64,000 nucleotides of DNA from Verrucomicrobiia bacterium. Lineage in GTDB: Bacteria; Verrucomicrobiota; Verrucomicrobiia; Limisphaerales; DASXHY01. The notes below the pieces were generated by a model. That model was given only the letters and a program-made list of their open reading frames with translations, did not search any database and had not been told where the DNA came from. How positions within the stretch are numbered: position 1 is the first letter of the stretch; every line of letters begins with the position of its first letter. The position numbers and the translations under genes were made by a program. Location: the NCBI GenBank assembly GCA_035552155.1, contig DASZLX010000035.1, positions 1,381-65,380 of the forward strand, read 5' to 3'. Positions 20,751 through 33,335 of the stretch are shown piece after piece.

Positions 20751-20826
20751 TGGTGGGCGCTGAGGGACTCGAACCCCCGACCTACTCGGTGTAAACGAGA
20801 CGCGCTAACCACTGCGCCAAGCGCCC
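20751..20826 (-). tRNA. tRNA-Val (anticodon UAC), CCA encoded
   Basis: The reverse complement GGGCGCTTGGCGCAGTGGTTAGCGCGTCTCGTTTACACCGAGTAGGTCGGGGGTTCGAGTCCCTCAGCGCCCACCA folds as a cloverleaf. Acceptor stem GGGCGCT/AGCGCCC, anticodon loop TTTACAC, T-loop TTCGAGT. Confidence 0.9.
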
Positions 20827-20982
20827 CACCGCGGACACAGTAGGCATCCCGCGACGCTTTGACAAGGTAAGGAGTGAAATTCCTCGCAGCCTTTGACGGG
20901 GATTTCTCCGGAACTTGGAATTTGGAACTTTCCGCTCCCCACCGCCGCCGAATCCCTACTTGAATTTCCACCGGCCCGTTCT

Positions 20983-21708
20983 ATGCTTCCCTCGGTAATG
21001 CAAAAAGGCCGTCGCACTTGGAATAGCATCGATGAAATGCGCAAAGCCGCGGAGGAAGGCGACGCGCAGGCACAATGTTACCTCGGCGTCTCCTACCAGA
21101 ACGGCCAGGGCTTGCAGCAGGATTACAACGAGGCGGTCAAATGGTTTAGAAAATCCGCCGACCAAAACGATTCCGTCGCGCAATGCTACCTGGGTGTCTG
21201 CTACCAGGCCGGCCTGGGAGTCCCGCAGGAATATGGCCAGGCCGCCAAGTGGTTCCGCGAAGCCGCCGAGCAGGGCGATCCCGCAGCGCAATTTAATCTC
21301 GGAGTTCTCTACGAGACCGGCCAGGGCGTGCCTCAAAACTATGCCGAAGCCGTCAAGTGGTATCATTCGGCGGCTGAACAGGGCGAACCGCAGGCCCAAT
21401 TCAACCTCGGCGTCTTCTACGAGCAGGGACACGTCGTTCCGCAAAATTTTCCCGAAGCCGTCAAGTGGTATCGCCTCGCCGCCGAGCAGGAAGTCGCCCC
21501 CGCCCAGTGCAATCTCGGGCTCTGTTACCAGACAGGCCGCGGCGTGCAGCAGAATACTGCCGAAGCGGTCCGATGGTTCATTCGCGCCGCGCGGCAGGGT
21601 GACAAAACCGCGCAACACAATCTCGGTGTTCATTACGCCACGATCGAAGCCGCCGAACCCGTCGTGGAAATCGACGAAGATGTCGATTCGGAACAATTGC
21701 CCCGGTAG
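20983..21708 (+). CDS. Sel1-like (SLR/TPR-family) repeat protein
   Basis: Six tandem units of about 36 aa with the pattern A..WYR.AAEQGD..AQ..LG.CY..G.GV.Q....A. The probable start is ATG 20983 (the ORF opens at 20893). Confidence 0.85.
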   Translation: MLPSVMQKGRRTWNSIDEMRKAAEEGDAQAQCYLGVSYQNGQGLQQDYNEAVKWFRKSADQNDSVAQCYLGVCYQAGLGVPQEYGQAAKWFREAAEQGDPAAQFNLGVLYETGQGVPQNYAEAVKWYHSAAEQGEPQAQFNLGVFYEQGHVVPQNFPEAVKWYRLAAEQEVAPAQCNLGLCYQTGRGVQQNTAEAVRWFIRAARQGDKTAQHNLGVHYATIEAAEPVVEIDEDVDSEQLPR

Positions 21709-21773
21709 CGGCAAAGAAGATTTGCCAAATCAATCATCCACCCCTGCGCTCAGGAACGAGTGAAATACCCGGC

Positions 21774-23093
21774 ATGAAAACCGTCCTTATCATCGACGAC
21801 GATGCGGATTGCCGCCGGGTCTTCGGCGCGGTGCTCAATCAATACGGCTGGCAGGTCCTGCACGCCGGCAACGGTGATGAAGGAATCGAACTCGCGCGCC
21901 AGCATCGGCCCAGCGTCGTGTTGTGCGACCTGCTGATGCCCCGCGTCAACGGCTTCAAGGTATGCCGGGAATTGCGCGCGGACGCCACTTTGCGGCAGAT
22001 GGGAATCGTGGTCACTTCCGGCCGGAATTTCGAGGCAGACCGCCGCGCCGCCATCGAGGCCGGCGCTGATGATTTTCTTCCCAAGCCGGTCGAAGCCAAT
22101 CGGCTGGTCGCCGCTCTCGCGCGATTTGATGTCGACGACGTCCCGCCCGCTCCCGAAAAACCGCTCGAGGCGCCCACGCGAATTTCCGGCGTGCCCCGCT
22201 TGAAATTCTGGGGCGTGCGCGGCTCGACACCTGCGCCGGGTCCGGGAACCGTGGAATACGGCGGCAACACCTCGTGCATAGAGATTCGCGCCAAGGGCGA
22301 GCTGATTATCCTGGACGCTGGCACCGGCCTGCGTTTGCTGGGCCGCCAATTGGCCGAGGAATTCAAGGACCAGCCGCTGAACGTCACCATTCTGCTCACT
22401 CACACGCATTGGGACCACATCCAGGGCCTCCCGTTTTTTCAGCCCGTTTATCAGCCACAGAACCGGGTGCGAATTCTCGGCTACGAAGGAGCGCGCAACG
22501 GCCTCAGCAGCGTGCTTTCCAACCAGATGGAGAATCCGTTTTTTCCCATCACCCTCCGCGAATTGCCGGCGAACCTGCAAATCGAGGAGTTGAAAGAAAT
22601 GAAATTCTCGGTCGGCCGTGTCCGGGTCGAAAGCTGTTTCGCCAATCATCCCGGAATTTGCGTCGGCTACCGCCTTTTCACCGGGGAAGCTTCTATCGCT
22701 TATTTTCCGGACAACGAACCGCAGTACGTTGCCAATGGTGCGGACTCAAAAGCCTCGCTCGAATACGCCCAGGGGCAGGAGCGGAGGATCATCAGCTTCC
22801 TGCGCGGCGTGGACATCCTCATCATGGACACTCAATACGACCGCGAGGAATACCAACGGCACAAAGGCTGGGGCCATGCCTGCCTCGACGACGTCGTCGC
22901 CCTCGCGCTCAAATCCGAAGTGAAAAAACTCTTCCTCTTTCATCACGACCCCGATCACGACGACGCCAAAATTTCCGAGATGACCGCCTACGCCCGCAAG
23001 CTGGTCAAGGCCCAGAACGGAAAACTGCAGGTGGAAGCCGCGCGTGAAGGATTGGTCATCGAACTCGCCGGCGTCGGCCAGGTCGTGCGATAA
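21774..23093 (+). CDS. Response-regulator receiver domain fused to an MBL-fold metallo-hydrolase
   Basis: The N-terminal REC domain has VLIIDDD, a phospho-acceptor-like Asp in VVLCDLLMP, and the GADDFLPKP segment. The C-terminal part has ILDAGTG and the HxHxDH motif LLTHTHWDHIQG, with later HHDP. Confidence 0.85.
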   Translation: MKTVLIIDDDADCRRVFGAVLNQYGWQVLHAGNGDEGIELARQHRPSVVLCDLLMPRVNGFKVCRELRADATLRQMGIVVTSGRNFEADRRAAIEAGADDFLPKPVEANRLVAALARFDVDDVPPAPEKPLEAPTRISGVPRLKFWGVRGSTPAPGPGTVEYGGNTSCIEIRAKGELIILDAGTGLRLLGRQLAEEFKDQPLNVTILLTHTHWDHIQGLPFFQPVYQPQNRVRILGYEGARNGLSSVLSNQMENPFFPITLRELPANLQIEELKEMKFSVGRVRVESCFANHPGICVGYRLFTGEASIAYFPDNEPQYVANGADSKASLEYAQGQERRIISFLRGVDILIMDTQYDREEYQRHKGWGHACLDDVVALALKSEVKKLFLFHHDPDHDDAKISEMTAYARKLVKAQNGKLQVEAAREGLVIELAGVGQVVR

Positions 23094-23097
23094 AAAT

Positions 23098-23120
23098 GGG
23101 AGCGCCGACGTCTCGCCGGC
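23098..23120. repeat. Diverged family-A-like REP element
   Basis: GGAGCGCCGACGTCTCGCCGGCT shares the first 11 nt (GGAGCGCCGAC) and the terminal CGGCT with family A. It lies between convergent genes. Confidence 0.45.
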
Positions 23121-23131
23121 TCGCCGCGCCG

Positions 23132-24376
23132 TCATTTCGAATAAATAACCGAATCGAAAAACGCCTCCATCTTCGCCGCATACGGCACGCCGTATTTGGC
23201 AAAAGTGGCCTTCGTTTCCGCGTCCGGTTTCCAATCGAAAAACGCATGGCTCGCCCCCTCCACCTGGACGTATTCCGCCCTCTGCCCCGCGGCTTTCAAA
23301 GCATCCGCGTAACCCCGCACTTCTTCGTCCCGGATCAAAGGATCCTGGCTTCCGCGCAACAAAAATTGCGGCACCCCCCGCTCTTTTATATTCGGAATGT
23401 GGTCCTCGGGCGCAATCGCCTTCACCGCTGCCATCGATGCATTTGTTCCCTCGACCCGCGCCAGTGCGCGATCGGAAAAAACTCCGTAACTCGGCGCTGA
23501 AACCTTAATAGCCTCCGTTATTTCCCGGCGAACCTGCTCGATTGATTTCCCGGCCGGCATGTAAGTCGGCTTGAATTGATACACGCCTTCCTTCACGCCG
23601 AACCCGCCGTCGCCAATCTCTCCCATCATATCGATGGCCGCCGCCGACAAATGCCCGCCGGCACTATCGCCCGTCACCGCCATGCGCGTCGGGTCCGCGC
23701 CGTATTCCTTCGCATGTTCCTGGATGTGCGCAATGGCTCCGTAAACATCGCCAATGATGTCCGCCATCGTGTTCGGATTCTTGTCGCCGTCGTGCGTGCC
23801 GATCCAACGGTAATCAATGCTGAACACCACGTATTTCCCCCCGCGCACCAATTCGCGCGCCAGTCCGCGCATGATGTCTTCGGTATTAAACACCCAGCCG
23901 CCGCCGTGAATAATCACGATGCACGGCAAATTCTTCGCCCCATCCGGCGAGTACACATCATACTTCAATTTCTTCACGCCCGGCTGCGCGTAGACCACAT
24001 CCTGAATCACCTTGAACCCCTCCAAAGCTTTCTTCTCGATGAACGAACCGCCGATTTGCCTATCCTGGTCAATCACCACCTGGAAGTGCGGCGTCGGCGA
24101 TTCAAAATAAGCCGGAAACCAGGGGCCCTTCCCCGTGTAGTAGCCGCTATCCAGCGCATAACCGCCCGCCGGCGTCAACGTCACGTTCAGGATCGTGTCC
24201 GCCGCCACTTTCCCATCCGCCGGAACAGGTGGAGCAATGACAATATTTCCGTTATCCGGCTTCACGACTGTCACGTCGAACATTTTTGGAGAAGTCGTTT
24301 GTGCCACTGCTAAAAAGGGAATTGCGAGAAGACCAGCCGCCACGATGCCGAGAGCGTGTCGCATTGATGTAATCAT
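23132..24376 (-). CDS. Alpha/beta hydrolase, hormone-sensitive-lipase-like carboxylesterase with an N-terminal extra domain
   Basis: HGGG oxyanion motif (VIIHGGGWVF) and nucleophile elbow GDSAGGHL. A signal peptide is present (GIVAAGLLAIPFLAVAQ). The start is uncertain (ATG 24376 or 24364; the ORF opens at 24421). Confidence 0.8.
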   Translation of the reverse strand: MITSMRHALGIVAAGLLAIPFLAVAQTTSPKMFDVTVVKPDNGNIVIAPPVPADGKVAADTILNVTLTPAGGYALDSGYYTGKGPWFPAYFESPTPHFQVVIDQDRQIGGSFIEKKALEGFKVIQDVVYAQPGVKKLKYDVYSPDGAKNLPCIVIIHGGGWVFNTEDIMRGLARELVRGGKYVVFSIDYRWIGTHDGDKNPNTMADIIGDVYGAIAHIQEHAKEYGADPTRMAVTGDSAGGHLSAAAIDMMGEIGDGGFGVKEGVYQFKPTYMPAGKSIEQVRREITEAIKVSAPSYGVFSDRALARVEGTNASMAAVKAIAPEDHIPNIKERGVPQFLLRGSQDPLIRDEEVRGYADALKAAGQRAEYVQVEGASHAFFDWKPDAETKATFAKYGVPYAAKMEAFFDSVIYSK

Positions 24377-24464
24377 AATGTGTGGATGTTTGAGCGGGAG
24401 CGTCCGCGCCGCTATATTCATCAGAATCCGCGCCGCGCTTCAACGCAAAACTGGCGAGCGACCC

Positions 24465-24496
24465 GGAGCGCGGCTGTGCTGAAAGCCAGCCGCAGC
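24465..24496. repeat. REP-like hairpin, family B (GGAGCGCGGCTG-N10-CAGCCGCAGC)
   Basis: Stem GCGGCTG/CAGCCGC with loop TGCTGAAAGC. It differs at one position from 53167-53198. Related copies are at 32866-32905 and, inverted, at 32954-32985. Confidence 0.8.
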
Positions 24497-24584
24497 AGCG
24501 TGAAAAATTCAATGACTATCGGAAACACCGGATTCGCCCTGCCACTCCGCCCGGTCAGCAAAACAGCCGCGGGGAATTTCCCTG

Positions 24585-25748
24585 TCACTTCACAAACAAA
24601 ATCACCAAATCCACCACGAACAACAACACGATCGTCACTTCCAAAATCAGCATCCATCGATTTATCCGGTCGTGGCTCAACAATTGATACAGGTCGTCCA
24701 GCGTTTTCAATTTTCCATCCAGCGTCTTGTGCCAATCGGTGAGATGAAAACGCGCTGAGATATTTTCGTAAATGCGCGCCAGGTGCCAATCGCCGAAAAA
24801 TTTCGTGATGTTGGACAGTTCATCGCTGAAGCGCGCCAGGTCGATGCGCAATTCCCGCAGTTCGCGCAACGTGTTCGCGCGGCCCCGCGCCGGATGCGAG
24901 GTCAAATCGCGATACGAACGCTCCAGGGCGCTGTCCAGGATGCGATCGTAAGCTTCCAGTTCGGCCAGTTGCAGGTTCGCCAGTTCCATCACGTAGAGCG
25001 TCTCATCAAAATTCTGCCGTTGATCAATGATGAGCGCTGCGTCCCAATCCACCACCACCAGGTCGTGCTCGTAATAACTCAGGTAACGCCCGGTCGATTC
25101 GTCGGCTTCCTGCCGGGAGAGGTGGTCGATGTCCGGCTCCTGGGTCAGCAGCGAGGCCACCGGGCGGCGGTTTGCCCGCCACCACTGCTCCGCGTTCAAC
25201 GGCGCGCCGCCATCGGAAATCAACGGCGATTCGATGCAGAAAACCGTGTAGGCCTCCTCCTCCGCGAGTTGGGGCACGGGCCGGATGTAATAAGGCTTCA
25301 ATTCACTCCGCACTTCCTCCGCCAGCCGGCGCACTTCCTCGTGCAGCGAACCGTTGGTGAATTGCAAATCATGATAACCCACCAGGTCCTCGATGCGTTC
25401 AACTTCAAACGGCACGCGAATGGTGATGCTGATGGCGCCCACCGGCAGAAGTTTCACCACGCGCTCCACGCGCAACGGCCCGCCGGGCCCGATGCGTTCC
25501 AGTGGAGGCAGGCGGACCATCTGTGGGCGATAAAAAAACAAGTGACGCGGGCTCCGCTTGCTCGCATCCACAACGAATTGCGCCACGGATTGCCCGAGCA
25601 ATTCGCGCACCGGCTGCCGGACCATCTCGTAGGCCACGTCAAAAGCGTAGATATAAACCACCTCGCCTTTGTATCCGCGCGCCCGGCTGGGCGGCGATGC
25701 CGACTTGCGCTCCACGCTCTTTTTAAGCTGTTCGATGGCCGAAACCAT
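24585..25748 (-). CDS. Hypothetical protein with a C-terminal TM anchor (RMD1/DUF155-like architecture)
   Basis: 387 aa. The overlapping + strand ORF (24783-25784) is Arg/His/Pro-rich and judged an antisense artefact. The soluble domain is followed by FFGDWHLARIYENISARFHL..W...L..KLKTLDDLYQLL and a terminal hydrophobic helix MLILEVTIVLLFVVDLVILFV. This layout resembles DUF155/RMD1 proteins. The family call is from memory. Confidence 0.45.
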   Translation of the reverse strand: MVSAIEQLKKSVERKSASPPSRARGYKGEVVYIYAFDVAYEMVRQPVRELLGQSVAQFVVDASKRSPRHLFFYRPQMVRLPPLERIGPGGPLRVERVVKLLPVGAISITIRVPFEVERIEDLVGYHDLQFTNGSLHEEVRRLAEEVRSELKPYYIRPVPQLAEEEAYTVFCIESPLISDGGAPLNAEQWWRANRRPVASLLTQEPDIDHLSRQEADESTGRYLSYYEHDLVVVDWDAALIIDQRQNFDETLYVMELANLQLAELEAYDRILDSALERSYRDLTSHPARGRANTLRELRELRIDLARFSDELSNITKFFGDWHLARIYENISARFHLTDWHKTLDGKLKTLDDLYQLLSHDRINRWMLILEVTIVLLFVVDLVILFVK

Positions 25749-25952
25749 GCCCCCAATCTACCCCACAGTGGCAGGCCTGTCTAAACGCCGAAAATGCCCA
25801 TAAAACAGGGCGAAAAAGGAGAAAATCGAAAGAAATGGTGGGCGGGTCACCCCGTGCGCGCCGTCGGTTGAGTTACCCCAAACGGTGCCCACGGAATGGC
25901 GCGCCCAAAATAGTAACTCTTTACCTCTGAGCCTCCGTGGCAAAAACGGGCC

Positions 25953-26999
25953 TTACCCCACCGAAAACCGGTGAACCGTTGTCGTCCGATATTTCTCGCC
26001 CGGACGCAGAATGGTTGAAGGGAAATTGGGATGATTCACCGAATCGGGAAAGTGCTGGGTCTCGAGGCAAAAGCCACCATGTCTGCCATAGACGCTGCCG
26101 CCCTTGCCGCGCGTCTCTTCCAGAAAATTCCCGGTGTAAAGTTGGATGCCCGGCTGGTCGGTCAGCACTTCCATCACCCGCCCGGATTTTGGCTCGAACA
26201 CGCGCGCCGCCAGCACCATTTTGCCGTCGTTATTCAAAACGAAATTATGATCGTAACCGCGATGCGGCTGGTCCAGCAGCTTCCCAATATGCCGGCCGAT
26301 CGCTTTCGGCTCGGTGAAATCCAGCGCCGTGCCCTGAACGGATTTGATTTCGCCAGTGGGTATCAGCGTGTCGTCGCTCGGCGTAAACTCTTTCGCGTTC
26401 ACCATCAACTCATGGCCCATGACATCGCCGCTGCCGGCCAGGTTGAAGTAACTGTGGTTCGTCAAATTGATGAGCGTGGCCTGGTCCGTCTCGGCCTCAT
26501 AATCAATCCGTACCTCGTTCTTGTCCGTCACTGTGTAAGTGACGAGCATTTTCAAAGTGCCCGGATAATTTTCCTGCCCGTCCGGACTGATATAACTCAG
26601 CTTCAATGCCGGCGCGTCTTTGGACTCCACCGCCACTGCCTTCCACGCCACCTTATCGAAACCCTTCAAGCCACCGTGCAGGTGGTTGGGACCATTGTTG
26701 ATCGCCAGGGAATACGTTTTTCCGTCCAGCGTGAATTTACCCTTCGCGATGCGATTGGCAAAACGGCCCACGATCGTTCCAAAAAACGCCTTGTTCGCCG
26801 TGAGGTATTGGGGAAAATTATCAAAGCCAAGAACGACGTCGCCGTCCTTGCCATTTTTATCCGGTGTGTGGAGCTCGGTAATGATGCCGCCGTAATTGAT
26901 AATCTTGCAAGTGATGTCACCGCCGGACAGCGTGAATTGCTCGACGGCCGAGCCGTCGGGCAGGTTCCCGAATTTCGATTTGATTATTTTTCCCGACAT
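25953..26999 (-). CDS. galM: Aldose 1-epimerase (galactose mutarotase)
   Basis: Motifs GRFANRIA, NHLHGG.KGFDKV.W, NLTNHSYFNL, GYDHNFVL and FCLETQHFPDS are present. Confidence 0.9.
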   Translation of the reverse strand: MSGKIIKSKFGNLPDGSAVEQFTLSGGDITCKIINYGGIITELHTPDKNGKDGDVVLGFDNFPQYLTANKAFFGTIVGRFANRIAKGKFTLDGKTYSLAINNGPNHLHGGLKGFDKVAWKAVAVESKDAPALKLSYISPDGQENYPGTLKMLVTYTVTDKNEVRIDYEAETDQATLINLTNHSYFNLAGSGDVMGHELMVNAKEFTPSDDTLIPTGEIKSVQGTALDFTEPKAIGRHIGKLLDQPHRGYDHNFVLNNDGKMVLAARVFEPKSGRVMEVLTDQPGIQLYTGNFLEETRGKGGSVYGRHGGFCLETQHFPDSVNHPNFPSTILRPGEKYRTTTVHRFSVG

Positions 27000-27221
27000 T
27001 TAAGATCTCGGCGGGCCCGGTTTCTTCTTCCCGCGCAAGGCAAGGAACAACATGAAAACGCCAAACACCAGCAGGACAATCCCCCACACGAGGTTGATGT
27101 TGATGCCCAGCGAATGCGTCTTGTAAATGTCACTGCCGTTCGTAGCCAGTCCGTAGATGGAGATAATGGCCCCGAACAGGCTGAACATGATTCCGATGGG
27201 AAGCCGCAGGTCAAAGTTCAT
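27000..27221 (-). CDS. Small two-TM membrane protein (possible accessory subunit of the adjacent symporter)
   Basis: 73 aa with two hydrophobic helices and a basic C-terminus (RGKKKPGPPRS). It is packed between the symporter and galM, and its stop codon (27000-27002) directly abuts the galM start at 26999. Confidence 0.55.
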   Translation of the reverse strand: MNFDLRLPIGIMFSLFGAIISIYGLATNGSDIYKTHSLGININLVWGIVLLVFGVFMLFLALRGKKKPGPPRS

Positions 27222-27246
27222 ATTTTGTCTCTGATGAGGTTAACAT

Positions 27247-28974
27247 TTACCAGAAAATGATGTTTAGCAACACCGTCACCGCGAGCACCAGGACGCCCAC
27301 CGTGACCGGCCGTTTGTACCACGGCTCGTTCGCTGTTTCCGGTTTCGGTGTCAACGAATAAACCAGGCCTTTCAATTGCTCATCCGTTTTGTTTCTTGCG
27401 GTCACCAGCGAAATGCCGAGCGTCAAAACGAAGCAAGAGGTCCAGGCCACAATCGCAATCCACAGGGTCTGGCCCATCTCACTATTATAAATAAAGGGAT
27501 GCGCTGAGAGCATCTGCGCGAGCCAGCCGCCCTTGAGGACGCTGATTGGCTGGCCGACGGTCATGGACATGCCTTGGAAAGTTGCCGCGCCCAGAATGCC
27601 GCCCAGCAATCCCCAAAACGCGCCGTGGCCGGTGGCCCGTTTCCAGAACATGCCCAGCAGGAACGTCGCGAATAGCGGCGCGTTCACGAAGCTGAACACC
27701 AATTGCAACATGTCCATGATGCTGTTGAACTGCCGCGCCAGATACGCGCATCCGATGCTAATCAGGATGCCGAACACCGTCGCCCAGCGGCCCATCCACA
27801 GGTAATGTTTGTCTGATTTGCTCGGCGCGATATAACTTTGGTAAAGGTCGTAAGTCCATACCGTGTTAAACGCCGTCACGTTGCCAGCCATGCCCGACAT
27901 GAATGACGCCATCAGCGCGGTAAAGCCGACTCCCAGCAAGCCGGTGGGCATGTACTTCGCCAGCATCACCGGTATCGTCATGTTGTAATCCGGTGTGCCA
28001 TCGGGACCCATGGGCAAAAAGGTTTTGCCGCTGGAATAATGCAGGGCAATGGCGATCATGCCCGGCAGAATGACCAGCGCGGGAAAGAGCATCTTCGGAA
28101 CCGCGGCAATCAGCGGCGTGCGGCGAGCGGACGACATCGAGTCAGCGGCCATCGCGCGTTGAACAACGAGGAAATCCGTGCACCAATAGCCGAACGACAG
28201 CACGAAGCCGAGCCCGGCCACCATGCTGAACCAGTCCGCGCCCATTGGATTTTGCGCATAATTCCCCATGTGTTTCCACGATTCGGTCCAAGTCCCGGGA
28301 GCGAAATGCTGGTCGACGGACACGACATTCAGCTTTTGAATCAGCTCATGCCAGCCGCCCACGTCTTTCAGCGCCAGGATGACCAGCGGCGAAAAACCTA
28401 AAACAATCATGAAAAACTGCAGCACCTCGTTGTAGATCGCCGAAGTCAACCCGCCGAGGAAAATGTAAACCAGCACGATGGTCGCCGAGATGGCGATGCT
28501 GAAGTTGTAATTCCAGTGGAGCAGCACTTCCAACAGCCTCGCCAGCGCATGCATGGAAATACCGGACGAGAATACCGTCATGACCGCGAAGGAAATGGCA
28601 TTCAACCCGCGGGTCTTCTCGTCGAAACGCAATTTGAGGTATTCCGGCACCGAGCGCGCCTTGGAACCGTAATAAAACGGCATCATGAATATCGCCAGGA
28701 ATACCATGGCCGGAATGGCGCCCACCCAATAGAAGTGGCTGGTCATTATCCCGTATTTCGCGCCGTCGGCAGCCATGCCGATGACTTCCTGCGCGCCCAG
28801 GTTGGCCGAGATAAATGCCAGGCCGGTAACCCACGCGGGAATCGAGCGCCCCGACAGGAAGAAATCGGTGCTGCCCTTCATGTACCGCTTCAAAATCCAG
28901 CCGATACTTAGGACAAACCCGAAATAAATAAGCAGGATGGCGTAATCTATTTTGCCAAGTTCAATATGCTGCAT
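27247..28974 (-). CDS. Sodium:solute symporter (SSS family, SGLT-like sugar transporter)
   Basis: 575 aa with about 14 TM helices. The N-terminal pattern FFLSGRSIPAWVTGLAFISANLGA.E and GG.TSAIYNEVLQ is typical of Na+/glucose-galactose type SSS transporters. Confidence 0.9.
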   Translation of the reverse strand: MQHIELGKIDYAILLIYFGFVLSIGWILKRYMKGSTDFFLSGRSIPAWVTGLAFISANLGAQEVIGMAADGAKYGIMTSHFYWVGAIPAMVFLAIFMMPFYYGSKARSVPEYLKLRFDEKTRGLNAISFAVMTVFSSGISMHALARLLEVLLHWNYNFSIAISATIVLVYIFLGGLTSAIYNEVLQFFMIVLGFSPLVILALKDVGGWHELIQKLNVVSVDQHFAPGTWTESWKHMGNYAQNPMGADWFSMVAGLGFVLSFGYWCTDFLVVQRAMAADSMSSARRTPLIAAVPKMLFPALVILPGMIAIALHYSSGKTFLPMGPDGTPDYNMTIPVMLAKYMPTGLLGVGFTALMASFMSGMAGNVTAFNTVWTYDLYQSYIAPSKSDKHYLWMGRWATVFGILISIGCAYLARQFNSIMDMLQLVFSFVNAPLFATFLLGMFWKRATGHGAFWGLLGGILGAATFQGMSMTVGQPISVLKGGWLAQMLSAHPFIYNSEMGQTLWIAIVAWTSCFVLTLGISLVTARNKTDEQLKGLVYSLTPKPETANEPWYKRPVTVGVLVLAVTVLLNIIFW

Positions 28975-29191
28975 AGAGGGTGTAGTTAGTTGTTCGCGTT
29001 CACACTGAACCGAGACCGGGCCAGGGCTGGAGCAAGCCCATCAGGTCCGGCGATTTGTGCGAACAATAGTGAAGTGACGCCAGCGCGTCAATATCAGGCT
29101 GCAAGGGTGTCAGGCTGCAAACAGCGCGGACGCGCGGCCAAAAGAAATGGTGAAAATTGCCCGGCATTCAAAGATGGATTAATCTGGTCCA

Positions 29192-29470
29192 ATGCCTGAT
29201 CCATCATCGCAACTTGCTGAAACAAATCAGTGTCCAAATTGCCATTCACAAAAGGTTGCGACTGGCAGGCTGGCTCACAGTGGGCATAGCGGTTCGGCTG
29301 CGATCTCTTTCGTTCCTGGAAATTTGAAGTGGTACCAGTTCAGCCTCGAAGGAGGGGCGCAACTCAGGAACGAAGCGTTTGCGTGCCCTGACTGCGGTTT
29401 TGTCTGGACGAAAGTCGCCTATCCCGAGAACTTGCGCGCAGCAATTAGCCGATTCGCGAAACCGGAATGA
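29192..29470 (+). CDS. Hypothetical small protein with two CxxC pairs (zinc-ribbon-like)
   Basis: 92 aa with CPNCHS near the N-terminus and CPDCGF near the C-terminus. No other support. Confidence 0.35.
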   Translation: MPDPSSQLAETNQCPNCHSQKVATGRLAHSGHSGSAAISFVPGNLKWYQFSLEGGAQLRNEAFACPDCGFVWTKVAYPENLRAAISRFAKPE

Positions 29471-29510
29471 AATTGTTTAATTGCTCCGGTTGCCGTTTCA
29501 CTCATTGCGT

Positions 29511-32810
<3,300 letters not shown>

Positions 32811-32865
32811 TTAACTCGCAACGGACAACTGCGAGGCCATTGTTTCAGAGGGTGCATCTTGATAC

Positions 32866-32985
32866 GGAGCGCGACTGTGTTCCGCGCAGCGGAATCAGCC
32901 GCAGCAACGCGAAAGATTCGGTGAATATTTGAAATGACTGAATGTATCATGCCGCTGCGGCTGGTCTACGACGCAGCCGCGCTCC
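32866..32985. repeat. Inverted pair of family-B REP-like elements
   Basis: Copy 1 at 32866-32905 is GGAGCGCGACTG-[18-nt loop with the inner hairpin TTCCGC/GCGGAA]-CAGCCGCAGC. Copy 2 at 32954-32985 is the reverse complement of GGAGCGCGGCTGCGTCGTAGACCAGCCGCAGC. Confidence 0.7.
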
Positions 32986-33102
32986 TTTCCGCAATTTCGG
33001 GGGAAGTGTCAAGGGCGACGCCAGGGCGGACGTATCTTAATTTTTTAGCGCGATGTTTCGTTGGACATTTGGTTTGACATTAGAACCATCGCAATTAAAA
33101 TG

Positions 33103-33139
33103 CGCCTACCCATTTGCCCCAGCCACAAATGGGTAGGCG
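33103..33139. other. Orphan 14-bp perfect hairpin in a long AT-richer intergenic region
   Basis: CGCCTACCCATTTG (33103-16) pairs with CAAATGGGTAGGCG (33126-39) across a 9-nt loop. The flanks are A/T-rich (AATTAAAATG ... ATTGAATTTTAAG). Confidence 0.7.
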
Positions 33140-33335
33140 ATTGAATTTTAAGGCCGCAACATCTTGAATGCTAGGGGGTCGCACATGCGATTTCGGGGCT
33201 TCGACAGATTGACCTCGGCTCAATTCCGTGATCAATAGTTTCTCATTGGAATCTCTGGAAATTAGATGCGTTAGGCCCTGAGGGCAACGCCCGCCCGCAT
33301 TGACTTCCCCTCGCCCTTCGCATACAAAAACGCGC

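Noticed and set aside
25841-25915. GC-rich segment GGTGGGCGGGTCACCCCGTGCGCGCCGTCGG...GGCGCGCC, considered as another REP family member.
   Set aside because: It occurs only once in the window, has no clear stem-loop, and shows only vague similarity (GCGCCGTCGG) to family A. The evidence is insufficient.
33140-33335. Possible amino-acid riboswitch or leader upstream of the APC permease.
   Set aside because: I could not recognise the conserved cores of lysine, glycine, SAM or other common riboswitches by eye. Only an Infernal/Rfam scan could settle this, so it is reported as an open region rather than as a feature.
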